NCBI GenBank assembly: GCA_963745035.1
Contig: CAVUVW010000021.1
Location: forward strand, 256,001 to 320,000
From: an uncultured delta proteobacterium
GTDB lineage: Bacteria; Desulfobacterota; Binatia; UBA9968
Reading direction: 5' to 3'
Length of the DNA: 64,000 nucleotides
Below, piece by piece: positions 30,277 through 41,118 of this stretch. Positions within the stretch are counted from its first letter, which is position 1. Each line of letters opens with the position of its first letter. The notes under the pieces are model-generated. The model saw only the letters and a program-made list of their open reading frames with translations. It searched no databases and was not told the origin of the DNA. The position numbers and the translations under genes were made by a program.

Positions 30277-31093
30277 GATTCCAGGCAAAGCGCCGGCGCA
30301 AGCGCCGCTGGATGTAGCGCAGCTTCGCGAGCTTATAAAAGCCAAACGGCTGGGCGGCAAGCTTCATTATTTCTCCCAAATCGGCTCCACCAACAGTCAT
30401 GCTCGCGAGCTCGCCGAACGCGGCGCGGCCGAGGGCGAGATCGTCATCGCCGAAGCGCAGACCGAGGGGCGCGGCCGCTTGCGGCGGCGTTGGGAGTCGC
30501 CGCCGTTTGCCAATCTTTATCTTTCGATAATTCTCCGGCCGCGCTTGCCGGCGCGGCATGCGCCGCAGATCACCCTGACCGCGGCGGTGGCGCTCGCCGA
30601 TACGGCGGCGTTCTTTCTGCGCCGGCCGCCCGCGATCAAGTGGCCGAACGACATTCTTGTCGACGGCAAAAAACTCGCCGGCATTCTCACCGAGGCCGCG
30701 TGCGCCGGCGAGCGGATCGACTACGTCGTCCTCGGCATCGGCGTCAACGTCAATTATCGCCGCGACGCCATGCCGGAAGAGCTGCGCCGGCGCGCGACTT
30801 CTCTGGCCGATTCGATGGGAAAGGCTATCTCGCGCGAAAGCGTGCTCGTGCGATTGATTCACGACCTGGACAGATGTTATGGAGAGCTTGAAGAGGCCGG
30901 TTTCGAGGCTTTACGGTCGCGCTGGCTGGCGCGGTTTGACTTGCGCGGCCGGGAGATTCGAGTCGAGCACGGCGGTCAAACCGTTGTCGGGCGCGCCATC
31001 GGCATCGACCCCGAAGGGGGACTGATCGTCGAAGATAACCGAGGGCAAAGCCGCACGATCGTCGCCGGTGATGTGGTGCCAGTGGAACGTTGA
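30263..31093 (+). CDS. birA: Biotin--protein ligase (no N-terminal HTH)
   Basis: STN, QTEGRGRLRRRW, KWPND, KLAGIL. Confidence 0.93.
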   Translation: MPASEIPGKAPAQAPLDVAQLRELIKAKRLGGKLHYFSQIGSTNSHARELAERGAAEGEIVIAEAQTEGRGRLRRRWESPPFANLYLSIILRPRLPARHAPQITLTAAVALADTAAFFLRRPPAIKWPNDILVDGKKLAGILTEAACAGERIDYVVLGIGVNVNYRRDAMPEELRRRATSLADSMGKAISRESVLVRLIHDLDRCYGELEEAGFEALRSRWLARFDLRGREIRVEHGGQTVVGRAIGIDPEGGLIVEDNRGQSRTIVAGDVVPVER

Positions 31094-31104
31094 TACGGAA
31101 ACTC

Positions 31105-31899
31105 ATGCTGCTCGCGATCGATATCGGCAACACCAACATCGTTCTCGGCCTGTACCAGGGCAAAAAACTCATCACTCACTGGCGCCTGGCGACGCAGGCG
31201 GAGCGCACCGCCGACGAATACGGCGTGATCATTTCCCAGCTCATCGATTACTCCGGGCACCGCTGCCGGCAGATTTCCGCCATCGCGGTATCGTGCGTCG
31301 TGCCGCCGATGCTGACCACGACGCAGGAACTCGCCGACAAGTTCTTCCAAATCGATCCCTTGATCGTCGGTCCCGGGATCAAGACCGGCATGCCGATCCT
31401 TTACGAAAATCCCAAGGAGGTGGGCGCGGACCGGATCGTCAACGGCATCGCCGCCTACGAAAAATTTCACGACGCCTGCATCATCGTCGATTTCGGCACG
31501 GCGACGACCATCGACCTCATTTCCAAGAAGGGCGAGTACATCGGCGGCGCCATCGCGCCGGGCTTGTCGATTTCTCTGGAGGCTTTGTTCCAGCGCGCCT
31601 CCAAGCTGCCGCGTATCGAGATCGTCAAGCCCAAGGAAGTGGTCGGGCGCAATACGATCCAGTCCATACAGGCCGGAATTTTCTACGGCTACGTCGGCCT
31701 GGTGGACGGCATCGTGCGGCGGATTCAACAGCAGTTCGGCGCCCCGACCCAGGTCGTGGCGACCGGCGGGCTTGCTCCACTGGTGGCCTCGGAATGTTCC
31801 AGCATCGGCGCGGTGGACGAGTTTTTGACCCTTGACGGTTTGCGCATCATCCACGAGCGCAATGCGCTTCAGGAAGTAAAAGCGCGAGCTCAAACATAG
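31105..31899 (+). CDS. coaX: Type III pantothenate kinase
   Basis: IDIGNTN, VGADR, VDFGTATT, ATGG. Confidence 0.93.
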   Translation: MLLAIDIGNTNIVLGLYQGKKLITHWRLATQAERTADEYGVIISQLIDYSGHRCRQISAIAVSCVVPPMLTTTQELADKFFQIDPLIVGPGIKTGMPILYENPKEVGADRIVNGIAAYEKFHDACIIVDFGTATTIDLISKKGEYIGGAIAPGLSISLEALFQRASKLPRIEIVKPKEVVGRNTIQSIQAGIFYGYVGLVDGIVRRIQQQFGAPTQVVATGGLAPLVASECSSIGAVDEFLTLDGLRIIHERNALQEVKARAQT

Positions 31900-31927
31900 C
31901 AAATCCAATAAGGAGGAGCCCATCGAC

Positions 31928-34033
31928 ATGGCTGCAGCGGAGCCAGATAAACTTCGTAGCGTCGGCATTGTAGGTCAGGGAGGTTCGGGCAAGACCTCTT
32001 TAGGCGAAGCGATGTTGTTCGGGGCGGGGGCGACGCAAAGGTTGGGGAGGGTCCTGGACGGCACTTCGGTGCTCGATTACGAGCCGGAGGAGATCAAGCA
32101 CCATATTTCGATCTCGACAGCGTTTCATTCGCTGTCGTGGAAAAAGTTTCCGATGACGGTGATCGACACGCCGGGCTACGCGGCGTTTCTTGCCGACACG
32201 ATGAACAGCATGCGCGCCTTCGGCGGCGCCCTGTTCGTGCTCAATCCATCGGTCGGGCTGCGCGTGGAGTCCGAGCGGCTGTGGGCGCAGGCCAATGACG
32301 ATAAGGTCAGCCGAATTATGTTCGTCAACAAGATGGACCACGAGCAGGGGGACGTGGAGCAGCGGATCGCGCCCATGCTAGAAACCCTCGAAGCGAAAGG
32401 GGTATACCTACAGATCCCGATCGGAGTGGAAGCCGGATTCAAAGGCGTTGTTGATCTGCTATCGATGAAAGCTTACGTCTACGAAGGCGATTCGGGCAAG
32501 TTCAGCGAGGGAGCGATACCTGAGGATTTGCAGGCGCGTGCCGAGGAGTTGCGCCAGAAGCTTGTAGAGGACATCTCCGAAACCGACGATGAGCTTCTGG
32601 AAAAATTTCTCGATGGCAAGGAGATCTCGACCGACGAGGTGAAACAGGCGCTGCGCAATGCGATCCGGGGACGAAAGGTTTTTCCGATCCTTTTCGGCTC
32701 ATCGACTCGCCAAATCGGCATCGCTCAACTGCTCGATGCCATCGCGGACTATTTGCCGTCTCCGCTCGATGAAGGCGAAGTGGAAGGGAAGCAGCCGGCC
32801 AACGGCGAGACGGCCAAGCGCAAGCAGGATCCGAACGCGCCGTTCTCAGCCTATGTATTCAAAACCATCAGCGATCCGTTCGCCGGAAAACTTTCCGTCA
32901 TGCGTGTGATTTCAGGCAAGATCACCTCCGATATGACTTGTCTCGACGTGAATAAGCAGGCGAAGGAAAAAATCGGTCACATGTTCCGCCTCGAAGGAAA
33001 AAAGCAGGAAGGCGTGAAGGAAGCCGTGGCGGGCGAGATCGTGGCTGCGGCAAAGTTGAAGGAGGTTACTACCGGCGACACGTTGAGCGACGAAAAGGCG
33101 CCCATCCAATTCGAAGGCCCGGCGCATTTTTCACCGGTGATTTCTTTCGCCCTGGAACCGAAGAGCAAAGCCGATGAGGAGAAAGTGCCCCAGGGTTTGC
33201 ATCGCATGATGGAGGAGGATCCGACCATTGCGCTGCACCGGGACGAGGAAACCCGCGATTTTATTCTCTCCGGCATGGGCCAGCAGCATATCGAGATCAT
33301 CGTCGAGAAGCTCAAGCGCAAATATAGCGCCGAAGTTATTTTGAAGGCGCCCAAGGTGCCCTACAAAGAAACGATTCGCGCCAGCGCCAGCGCCCAGGGA
33401 AAGCTCAAGAAGCAATCGGGCGGGCGCGGCCAGTACGGGGATACCTGGCTTAAAGTGGAACCGCTGCCGCACGGCGCCGGATTCGAGTTCGTCGATAAGA
33501 TCGTCGGCGGCGCGGTGCCGCGCAATTATATCCCTGCGGTGGAAAAAGGCGTGAGAGAGGCGATGGGCAACGGCTATCTCGCCGGTTACCCGATGGTCGA
33601 CGTGCGCGTTACGCTGTACGACGGCTCCTACCACGACGTCGATTCTTCGGATATGGCGTTCAAGATCGCCGCGTCCATGGGCTTCAAGAACGCCGTGGAA
33701 AAAGCCAAGCCCGTGCTGCTCGAACCGATCATGAACATGGAAGTGGCCGTTCCCGACGAATGCATGGGCGACGTTATCGGCGATTTAAACAGCCGTCGCG
33801 GCAAGGTTCTCGGTATGGATACCAAAGGCCACACCCAGGTGATCAAGTCGCGTGTGCCGATGTCGGAAGTCTTGAAGTATGCTCCCGACTTGCGTTCGAT
33901 TACCAGCGGCCGGGGAGAATTCCATATGGAGTTCTCCCATTACGAAGAGCTGCCTGGCCATTTGGCGGAGAAAGTTGTGAAGGAAGCCAAGGCGCGCAAG
34001 GCCGCGGAGCAGGAAGGCGAGCATAAGGCGTAA
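31928..34033 (+). CDS. fusA: Elongation factor G paralogue (EF-G2-like)
   Basis: Full EF-G domain order, KKQSGGRGQYG, YHDVDSS; divergent G-motifs; not in the str operon. Confidence 0.9.
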   Translation: MAAAEPDKLRSVGIVGQGGSGKTSLGEAMLFGAGATQRLGRVLDGTSVLDYEPEEIKHHISISTAFHSLSWKKFPMTVIDTPGYAAFLADTMNSMRAFGGALFVLNPSVGLRVESERLWAQANDDKVSRIMFVNKMDHEQGDVEQRIAPMLETLEAKGVYLQIPIGVEAGFKGVVDLLSMKAYVYEGDSGKFSEGAIPEDLQARAEELRQKLVEDISETDDELLEKFLDGKEISTDEVKQALRNAIRGRKVFPILFGSSTRQIGIAQLLDAIADYLPSPLDEGEVEGKQPANGETAKRKQDPNAPFSAYVFKTISDPFAGKLSVMRVISGKITSDMTCLDVNKQAKEKIGHMFRLEGKKQEGVKEAVAGEIVAAAKLKEVTTGDTLSDEKAPIQFEGPAHFSPVISFALEPKSKADEEKVPQGLHRMMEEDPTIALHRDEETRDFILSGMGQQHIEIIVEKLKRKYSAEVILKAPKVPYKETIRASASAQGKLKKQSGGRGQYGDTWLKVEPLPHGAGFEFVDKIVGGAVPRNYIPAVEKGVREAMGNGYLAGYPMVDVRVTLYDGSYHDVDSSDMAFKIAASMGFKNAVEKAKPVLLEPIMNMEVAVPDECMGDVIGDLNSRRGKVLGMDTKGHTQVIKSRVPMSEVLKYAPDLRSITSGRGEFHMEFSHYEELPGHLAEKVVKEAKARKAAEQEGEHKA

Positions 34034-34049
34034 TCGGAGCCCGATAGCG

Positions 34050-34268
34050 ATGGAGCAGTCGTTCGATCAGTTCAACGCCGCGTTGCTTTATTGCAACAAG
34101 TGCGGCCAGGCGATGCCGGTGCGCCAGCGCCTGCTGTTGGTGCTGCCCGACGGCGAGCTTTACGATTATACTTGCCAGCGCTGCAACAGTTCGGTGGGAT
34201 CGAAGACCGAGAAGACCGGCGTCGATCCGACGACTCGAAGCGGGCGAACCAGATCAGGAGGATTTTGA
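34050..34268 (+). CDS. Small zinc-ribbon protein
   Basis: YCNKCGQAMPVRQRLLLVLPDGELYDYTCQRC. Confidence 0.7.
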   Translation: MEQSFDQFNAALLYCNKCGQAMPVRQRLLLVLPDGELYDYTCQRCNSSVGSKTEKTGVDPTTRSGRTRSGGF

Positions 34269-34271
34269 ATC

Positions 34272-35301
34272 ATGGCGGTGATCGATTCGGATGCCCACGT
34301 TTTGGAGACGAATCATACCTGGGATTACATGCTGGAGTCGGAGCGCGACATGCGGCCGCGGGTTGTCCCCACGCCCGACCGACGCGTTTTCCGGCGGCGA
34401 GTCGTGGCTGGTGGACGGCACGTATATCGGCAAGGCGCGCAACGTCGGCCACGACACCTCGCGCGAGTCGCGCGAGATGGAGGACATCAAAGCGCGTCTC
34501 AAGCATATGGACGAGCTCGACGTCGACGTGCAAGTGCTCTATCCGACGATTTTTCTCCGGCCGTTTACGCGCCGGCCGGAGGTCGAGTTGGCGGTCACGC
34601 GGAGCTATAACCGCTGGCTGATCGATATCTGGAAAGCCGCGCCGACGCGCCTGCGCTGGGTCGCGGTGCTGCCGCTCCTGTCGATGGACAAGGCCATCGA
34701 GGAAGCGCGTTACGCCAAGGAAAACGGCGCCTGCGGCATCTTTATGCGCGGTCTGGAAGGGGACAAACATATCAGCGACCCGCATTTTTTTCCGATCTAC
34801 GAGGAAGCCGGCCGGCTCGACTTGCCGATCTGCGTCCATTCCGCGACCGGCAGCTTCGCGGTGCACGACTATTTTCTCAACGAATGCGGCTTTAACAAAT
34901 TCAAGCTCGCGGTCGTCGGGTCATTTCATTCGCTGATCTTCAACAAGATTCCGGAAAAATTTCCCCAGACACGCTGGTCGTTCATCGAGGTCAGCTCGCA
35001 GTGGATCCCCTACGCGATCCACGACTACGCGCGCCGCTTCGAGCGCGGCGGAACCCAGGTCGACAAGACCGAGGTACTGCGTAAAAACAAGATCTGGGTC
35101 ACCTGCCAGACCGACGACGATCTGCCCTATGTGTTGAAGTATGCGGGCGACGACAGGCTGGTCATCGGCACGGACTACGGCCACAACGACACGTCGTCGG
35201 AGATTCTCGCGCTGCGCAAGCTCAGAGAGGACGGCGCCGTGCCGACGCCGGTGGTCAACAAGATCCTCGACGACAACGCGCGTGCTCTGTACGGACTATA
35301 A
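34272..35301 (+). CDS. Amidohydrolase_2 family protein, frameshift near 34378
   Basis: IDSDAHV, DVQVLYPT, ICVH, IGTDYGHND, DNARALY. Confidence 0.85.
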
Positions 35302-35327
35302 TTTCGATCTGACCTCTAGGACGTGAC

Positions 35328-36354
35328 ATGGTCATCGATTTTCAAGCGCACGTATTTCCCGAAACGTATCTCGCTGAGATGAAGGGGCGCGACGGCGCGG
35401 TGGTTCTCGAAGAGCCCGATCCGCACAGCGGCATGAGGTACTTTTACGACAAGCAGCTCAAGTGCCGGATCAATACCGCTACTTTGCAGGGCCAGGACAT
35501 CGAGCGCCGCCTCCAGCACATGGACCAATTGGGCGTCGATATCCACGTGCTCACGATTCCCGCGCCTGGCGCCGATCGTTTTGCAGCGCGACGATGCGAT
35601 CGCGATGGCGCGCGTCGCCAACGACGCCATCGCGGCGATCGCGCGCAAGCATCCGCAGCGCTTTGTCGGCTTTTTCACTTTGCCGACCGCCGATATTCAG
35701 GCGTCTCTCGATGAGCTGGAGCGCTCGGTCAATGAGCTCGGGCTGCGCGGCTTCGGCTGCTTCGCCAACTTGAACGGGCAGGCGCTCGATCGCGAGGAGC
35801 TGTTTCCGATCTACGAGCGGCTGGCCCAATACAAGCTGCCGGTCTACATCCATCCGACCGCGCCGCTCGCGACCGAGGCGGTGGGCATCGACATCATGCC
35901 GACATTGATTTTCGGCTGGGCTTTCGACAGCACGGTGGGCATGACCCGCCTGATTTACGGCCGGGTGCTCGAGCGGTTTCCGGAGATCAACTGGGTGGTC
36001 GCCGACGTCGGCGGCGTTCTGGCTTTCTTCGCCCAGCGCGCTATCAACATCTATGCCGGCCGCACCGATGAGATCCGCCATAAGTACGGCCTCAAGGAGA
36101 ATCCGCTGGATTCCTTCCGGCGCTTCTACGTCGACACCGCCGATCATCCGGCTTCGACCCTGCGCTGCGTCAAGGATTTCTTTAGCGCGGACCGGATGGT
36201 CCTGGGCACGAACTATCCCTACGGCCCGGAAGAAGGCTGCGTGCTGGTGAAAAATAGCTTGAAAGCGATCGACGGGCTCGAGTTGACTTCGACCGACAAG
36301 GAAAAAATTCTCGGCGGCAACGCGGCGAGAATCCTTGGAATGGGAGCGCCATGA
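35328..36354 (+). CDS. Amidohydrolase_2 (ACMSD/decarboxylase-like) protein, frameshift near 35580
   Basis: IDFQAH, VYIHP, FYVDT, LGTNYPY, GGNAARIL. Confidence 0.85.
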
Positions 36355-37956
36355 AATTTACCAAAGCGGCGCGGCCGGTGATCATGAGCCAGCACGGCAT
36401 GGTTTCTTCCGGCCATGCGCTGGCGTCGTTGGCCGGCGTGAAAGTTCTCCAGGAGGGCGGCAATGCCGTCGATGCCGTGCTCGCCGCCGCTTTCGTTTCG
36501 GCGGTGGTAAAGCCGGAGACCAGCGGGCCGGGCGGCGATCTGTTCGCTTTGGTCTCGATGAAAAGAACCGGCAAGGTCGAGGCGCTCAACTCCAGCGGTC
36601 CGGCGCCAGCCAAGGCGAGTATCGAATATTTTCATGGCCGCGGTTTGAAGGCGATCCCGCAATTCGGTCCGCTCAGCATCGCCGTGCCGGGTGCGGTGGA
36701 CGGCTGGTTGGAGCTGCACAAGAAGTACGGCACGAAAGAGCTGGGCCGTCTGACGGCGGATGCCGTCGAGCTTGCGACGCAACGGGTTTCCCATTTCACT
36801 TGAGCTCGCCGACGGCATCAATGAATTCAGCGCGGAGTTTCCCTGGATCGACGGCTTTTACCGCCAGCCCCTGGGCGGCGCCGCGGCCGGGGAAGATTCT
36901 GGTGCAAAAGGGCTTGGCGGAGGTTTTTGACCAGGATTGCGCAGAAAGGGCGCGAAGGATTTTATGCGGGGGACATCGCCGACAAGATCTGCTCGACGAT
37001 CGAGTCCGAGGGCGGAGTTCTATCTCTCCAAGATTTCCAGAGCCCGGTTTGCCAGTGGCTCGAACCGCTGCGCTCGACGTATCGCGACGCCGTAATCTAC
37101 GAACAACCGCCGGTGTCGCAGGGCTTCATGGTGCTCGAAATGCTCAACATCGCGGAGGCGTGGCCGATGCACGAAGGCACGATGAGCCGGGCGGATGCGA
37201 TCCACTACCAAGTGGCGGCGAAGAAGCTCGCCTTCGAGGATCGCATCCGCTATCTCGAAGATCCCGCGTTCGGCGATCCGAAAATCCAGATGCTGATTTC
37301 CAAGGAGTACGCGGCCAAGCGCTGCGAGCTGGCGGGCGAGATCATGAGCCGCCCAGCGCAGGCCGTCGCCAATCAGAGCAGCGATACGACCTACCTGTGC
37401 GCCGCCGACCGCGACGGCAACGCGGTCTCGTTCATTCAGAGCGTGTTCGCGCCGTTCGGTTCGCGGGTGATCGCCGGGGACACGGGCGTGATTATGAACA
37501 ATCGCTTGTGCAGCTTCGGTCTCGACCCGAGCCGGGCCAACTCGCTCAAGCCCGGCAAGCGGCCGGCGCATACGCTCAACACGTATCATGATCTTTCGCG
37601 GCGGTGAGGTGTTCGCCGTGGGCGGCAGTCCGGGCGCCGACGAGCAGCCCCAGACCAATTTTCAGATCATTCACGATCTCATCGATCTGCACATGGACCC
37701 GCAGAGCGCGGTGGAAGCGCCGCGCTGGAGCCACCAGCCGGGCACGCCGCCGCGCGATCAACTGCCGGAAGCGCTGCGCATGGAAGAAGGGTTCGATGCG
37801 GCGACCGTCGACGGTTTGCGCAAGAAGGGCCACAAGGTTTCGCTCGTCGACCGCTGGTCGTTCGGCAGCGCAAAGGTCATCGTGCGCGATCGCGAAAACG
37901 GCTGCTGGCTCGGCGGCGCCGATCCGCGCCGCGTCGCGTACGCGCTCGGCTACTAG
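36351..37956 (+). CDS. ggt: Gamma-glutamyltransferase family protein, frameshifted
   Basis: GGNAVDA, AVPGAVDG, DTTYLCAADRDGNAVS, PGKRPAHTL, GADPRR over several ORF pieces. Confidence 0.87.
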
Positions 37957-38054
37957 AACGTTCCGCGCCGGGCCACGCGCTTCGCGTTATTCTCGCGCAC
38001 TGTCGCTTAAATCCGGAAGCTCGTCTCTATGGAATTGAAGCCCGGCGGCAAACG

Positions 38055-39107
38055 ATGAAGTTCAGTCTTTTCACGGAAATTCAGTGCCCCGAAGGATCTG
38101 CGCCGGCGGCTCGCCTCGCAGAGTTCATGGAGCAAGCCGAGCTTGCCGATCGCCTGGGCTTTGCGGCGTATTGGCTCGCCGAGATCCACTGCCAGCCAAA
38201 GTTCTCGCTGCTTTCGGCGCCCTATGTCGTGCTCGGCGCGGTCGCGCAGCGCACCAAGCGGCTGCGCCTCGGCGTGGCGGTGAACACCTTGCCGGTGCAT
38301 CATCCGGTGCAGCTTGCCGAGCAAGCGGCGATGCTCGATCTGGTGAGCAACGGCCGGATGGAGTTCGCGGCGGGCGGCGGACATCCGCACAGCCGCGCCT
38401 ACGAATGCTTCGGCGCCGATCACAAATCGACCCATGAAGTGATGGCCGAATCTCTCGACGTGATTCGCAAGGCGTGGTCAGAACCGAAACTCACTTACAG
38501 CGGCAAGTTTTTCACAATTCCCGAAGTGATCGTGAATCCCAAGCCGGTGCAAAAGCCGCCGCCGCCGTTTTACATGGCGACGAGCTCGCTCGACGGTGTC
38601 GAGGTCGGCGCGCGGCTGGGAGTCAATATGTTTCTGCCGATTCACACGCGCACGCCCGAGCAGGTGGTCGAGTACGCAAACGCCTACTGGGCTGGCCTCA
38701 AGGCGCACGGGCATGATCCGGCGTTGAGAGAGCTGGGCCTGCTGGTTCCGATGCATTTGGCGAAAACGACGGCGGAAGCCAAAGCACGCGCGGAAGCCGG
38801 CGTGATGAGCTACTTCAAAACCATTCTCGATCTACGTCTGGATTATACTGACTGGCTGAACCGCCGCGGAGTCGAGCTGCCCGCGCGCCTGCGCACGGCG
38901 GCGGGCGCCATGGTCGGATTCGATACCGTCTGTGAAAAGCATGCGATCATCGGCGACAGCGCTCTGGCGGCGGCGAAGCTGAAGGAGCTGGCGCAGAATA
39001 CCGGTGCCGCCAACTTGCTCACCTGGTTCAACATCGGGACTGTGCCGCACGCCGCCGTGACAGCGGCGATGGAGCAGTTCGCCGCGGAAGTCATGCCGAA
39101 ACTGTGA
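38055..39107 (+). CDS. LLM-class flavin-dependent oxidoreductase
   Basis: ADRLGF.AYWLAEIH, RTKRLRLG, AEQAAMLDLVSNGR, PKPVQKP, FAAEVMP. Confidence 0.9.
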   Translation: MKFSLFTEIQCPEGSAPAARLAEFMEQAELADRLGFAAYWLAEIHCQPKFSLLSAPYVVLGAVAQRTKRLRLGVAVNTLPVHHPVQLAEQAAMLDLVSNGRMEFAAGGGHPHSRAYECFGADHKSTHEVMAESLDVIRKAWSEPKLTYSGKFFTIPEVIVNPKPVQKPPPPFYMATSSLDGVEVGARLGVNMFLPIHTRTPEQVVEYANAYWAGLKAHGHDPALRELGLLVPMHLAKTTAEAKARAEAGVMSYFKTILDLRLDYTDWLNRRGVELPARLRTAAGAMVGFDTVCEKHAIIGDSALAAAKLKELAQNTGAANLLTWFNIGTVPHAAVTAAMEQFAAEVMPKL

Positions 39108-39116
39108 TCGAATTGC

Positions 39117-39151
39117 GGAGTTGGAGTGATGGAGTATTGGAGTAATGGAGG
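39117..39151 (+). repeat. Short tandem GGAGTRWT repeats
   Basis: ggagtt ggagtgat ggagtatt ggagtaat ggagg; weaker echo at 39514-39540. Confidence 0.6.
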
Positions 39152-39160
39152 AATCAAATC

Positions 39161-39508
39161 ATGGAAGAGTTGACGGCACAAAAATGCGAAGCGTGCCGCG
39201 TCGGAGCGCCGCCGGTCACGCCCGAAGAAATCAAAGATTTGCAGCCCAAGATTCCCGAGTGGCGGATCATCGACGAGGACGCGATCCCCAAGCTCGATCG
39301 CCAATTCAAATTCAAGAACTTCAAGGACGCCATTGCCTTCACTGACGCTGTCGGCGTCGCGGCCGAAGAAGAGGGGCACCACCCGCGGCTTACGACGGAG
39401 TGGGGCAAGGTCGCCGTCACGTGGTGGACGCACAAGATCAAGAACCTGCATAAAAATGACTTCATCATGGCGGCGAAAACCGACGCGATCTACAGAAAGT
39501 TCACTTGA
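39161..39508 (+). CDS. phhB: Pterin-4-alpha-carbinolamine dehydratase
   Basis: FKFKNF, EEGHHP, WWTHKI, NDFIMAAKTD. Confidence 0.92.
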   Translation: MEELTAQKCEACRVGAPPVTPEEIKDLQPKIPEWRIIDEDAIPKLDRQFKFKNFKDAIAFTDAVGVAAEEEGHHPRLTTEWGKVAVTWWTHKIKNLHKNDFIMAAKTDAIYRKFT

Positions 39509-39540
39509 GCGCGGGAGTCACGGAGTAGTGGGGTGATGGG

Positions 39541-40587
39541 ATGACGAAAAGAACCCGCGGCGTGTTGCACCGAAGCCTTGGACTTTTCTGCGCCCTCGCA
39601 GTTTGGGTTGGATCCAGCGCCGTCGCGACGAGCGACGATGGTTATTACAAAGGCAAGACCATCCGCTTGATCGTCGCTTTCTCGGCGGGCGGCGGTTACG
39701 ACACCTATTCACGCACGATCGCGCGCCATCTCGGCAAATATATTCCCGGCAATCCCACCGTGGTCGTGGACAACATGACCGGGGCCGGCGGCATTATTCA
39801 CGCCAACTACATGTTCAAGCAGGCGCGGCCCGACGGGCTAACGATCGGCAACAACTCCGGCGGCTTGTTCTTGCAGCAGGTCATGGGCGCCAAGGGCATC
39901 GAGTTCGACGGCAAAAAATTCGAATACATCGGCGCGCCCGCCGTGGATCACCTCACCTGCGCGATCTCGAAGGCGAGCGGGGTGACTTCGCTGGACAAGT
40001 GGATCGCGAGCAAGGAGGCGGTGCGCTTCGGCGGCGTCGGCCCCGGCGGCTTTGCTTCCGATCTGCCGCGCCTGCTGCAGGCCGCTCTCGGATTGCCTTT
40101 GAAAGTGATCGACGGCTACAAGGGCACTTCCGACATTCGCCTGGCGACTGAAAGCGGCGAGCTGGCCGGCAGTTGTCTATCCTGGGATTCCTACAAAACA
40201 ACTTGGCGCAAAGCGATCGAGTCGGGCGACGTGAATGTCGTCATCCAGGTCATGCCGAAGAAACACCCGGAATTAGCCAACGTTCCGCTGGCGATCGACT
40301 ATGCCAAAACCGACGAGGCGAAACGGTTGATCAAGCACGGCGCCTACGATCTTGCCTATTCTGCGCGGCCGTATTTCCTCGCGCCGGGTACGCCGAAAGC
40401 GCGCGTGCAAATCTTGCGCAGCGCGTTTGCTCAAACCGTCAAAGATCCCGAGCTCCTTGCCGAGGCAAAGAAGGCGAACTTTGCGATCGACTATGTTTCA
40501 GGGGAAGACCTTGAAGGTATCGTCCACGGGCTTTACAAAATCGAACCGGCATTTGCGGCGAAGATGAAACAGATCTTGGTGCCGTAA
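39541..40587 (+). CDS. Tripartite tricarboxylate transporter substrate-binding protein (Bug/TctC)
   Basis: Signal peptide, FSAGGGYD, NMTGAGG, PDGLTI, GYKG, APGTP. Confidence 0.88.
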   Translation: MTKRTRGVLHRSLGLFCALAVWVGSSAVATSDDGYYKGKTIRLIVAFSAGGGYDTYSRTIARHLGKYIPGNPTVVVDNMTGAGGIIHANYMFKQARPDGLTIGNNSGGLFLQQVMGAKGIEFDGKKFEYIGAPAVDHLTCAISKASGVTSLDKWIASKEAVRFGGVGPGGFASDLPRLLQAALGLPLKVIDGYKGTSDIRLATESGELAGSCLSWDSYKTTWRKAIESGDVNVVIQVMPKKHPELANVPLAIDYAKTDEAKRLIKHGAYDLAYSARPYFLAPGTPKARVQILRSAFAQTVKDPELLAEAKKANFAIDYVSGEDLEGIVHGLYKIEPAFAAKMKQILVP

Positions 40588-40636
40588 ATTCCATCCGCGC
40601 TTGCTGCAATCCGGGTCAGAATCATCCAAGGCGGCT

Positions 40637-41079
40637 TTACAGCGACTTTTTGAAACAGCGGATTGTGCCCGCATCGGTAAATCCAAGGGCGAGGTACGCG
40701 GCTATGCTCGCATGGTTGTCGATCTCGGTGTCGGATGCGAGGTCAGAGCAGCCCTGCGACCTGGCCCAGGATTCCGCGGCGCGGACGAGAGCGGCGCCCA
40801 CGCCCTGCGCCGCTCCGCCGGCTCCACGTAGCAGCCCTCGATGAACGCCACGCGATCGCTGCTGCATCCTTCCGCGTAGGCTCTGATCGAGAGCTCGATG
40901 AAGCCGATCGCTTCGCCGCGCTCGTTGAATGCCAAAAGAACCTCGACGGGCTCGGCTAGATTTCCGGCGAAATAGCGATCGATCTCGCCCGCGTGCTCGC
41001 CAGGTTGCACAGGCCAAAGCATCTCGCGCATGCGCTCCCAAGCGGAGCGCTCGGATTGTCCGACGGCTCGTATCCGCAT
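40637..41079 (-). CDS. GNAT acetyltransferase, AAC(6')-I-like, frameshift near 40805
   Basis: IGFIELSIRAYAEGC, AFIEG.YV, GVGAALV, LASDTEIDNHASIAA.LALGF, FKKSL. Confidence 0.78.
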
Positions 41080-41118
41080 CGAGACGACACCGCGGTCAGC
41101 AACAAGGTGGCTCGTGAT

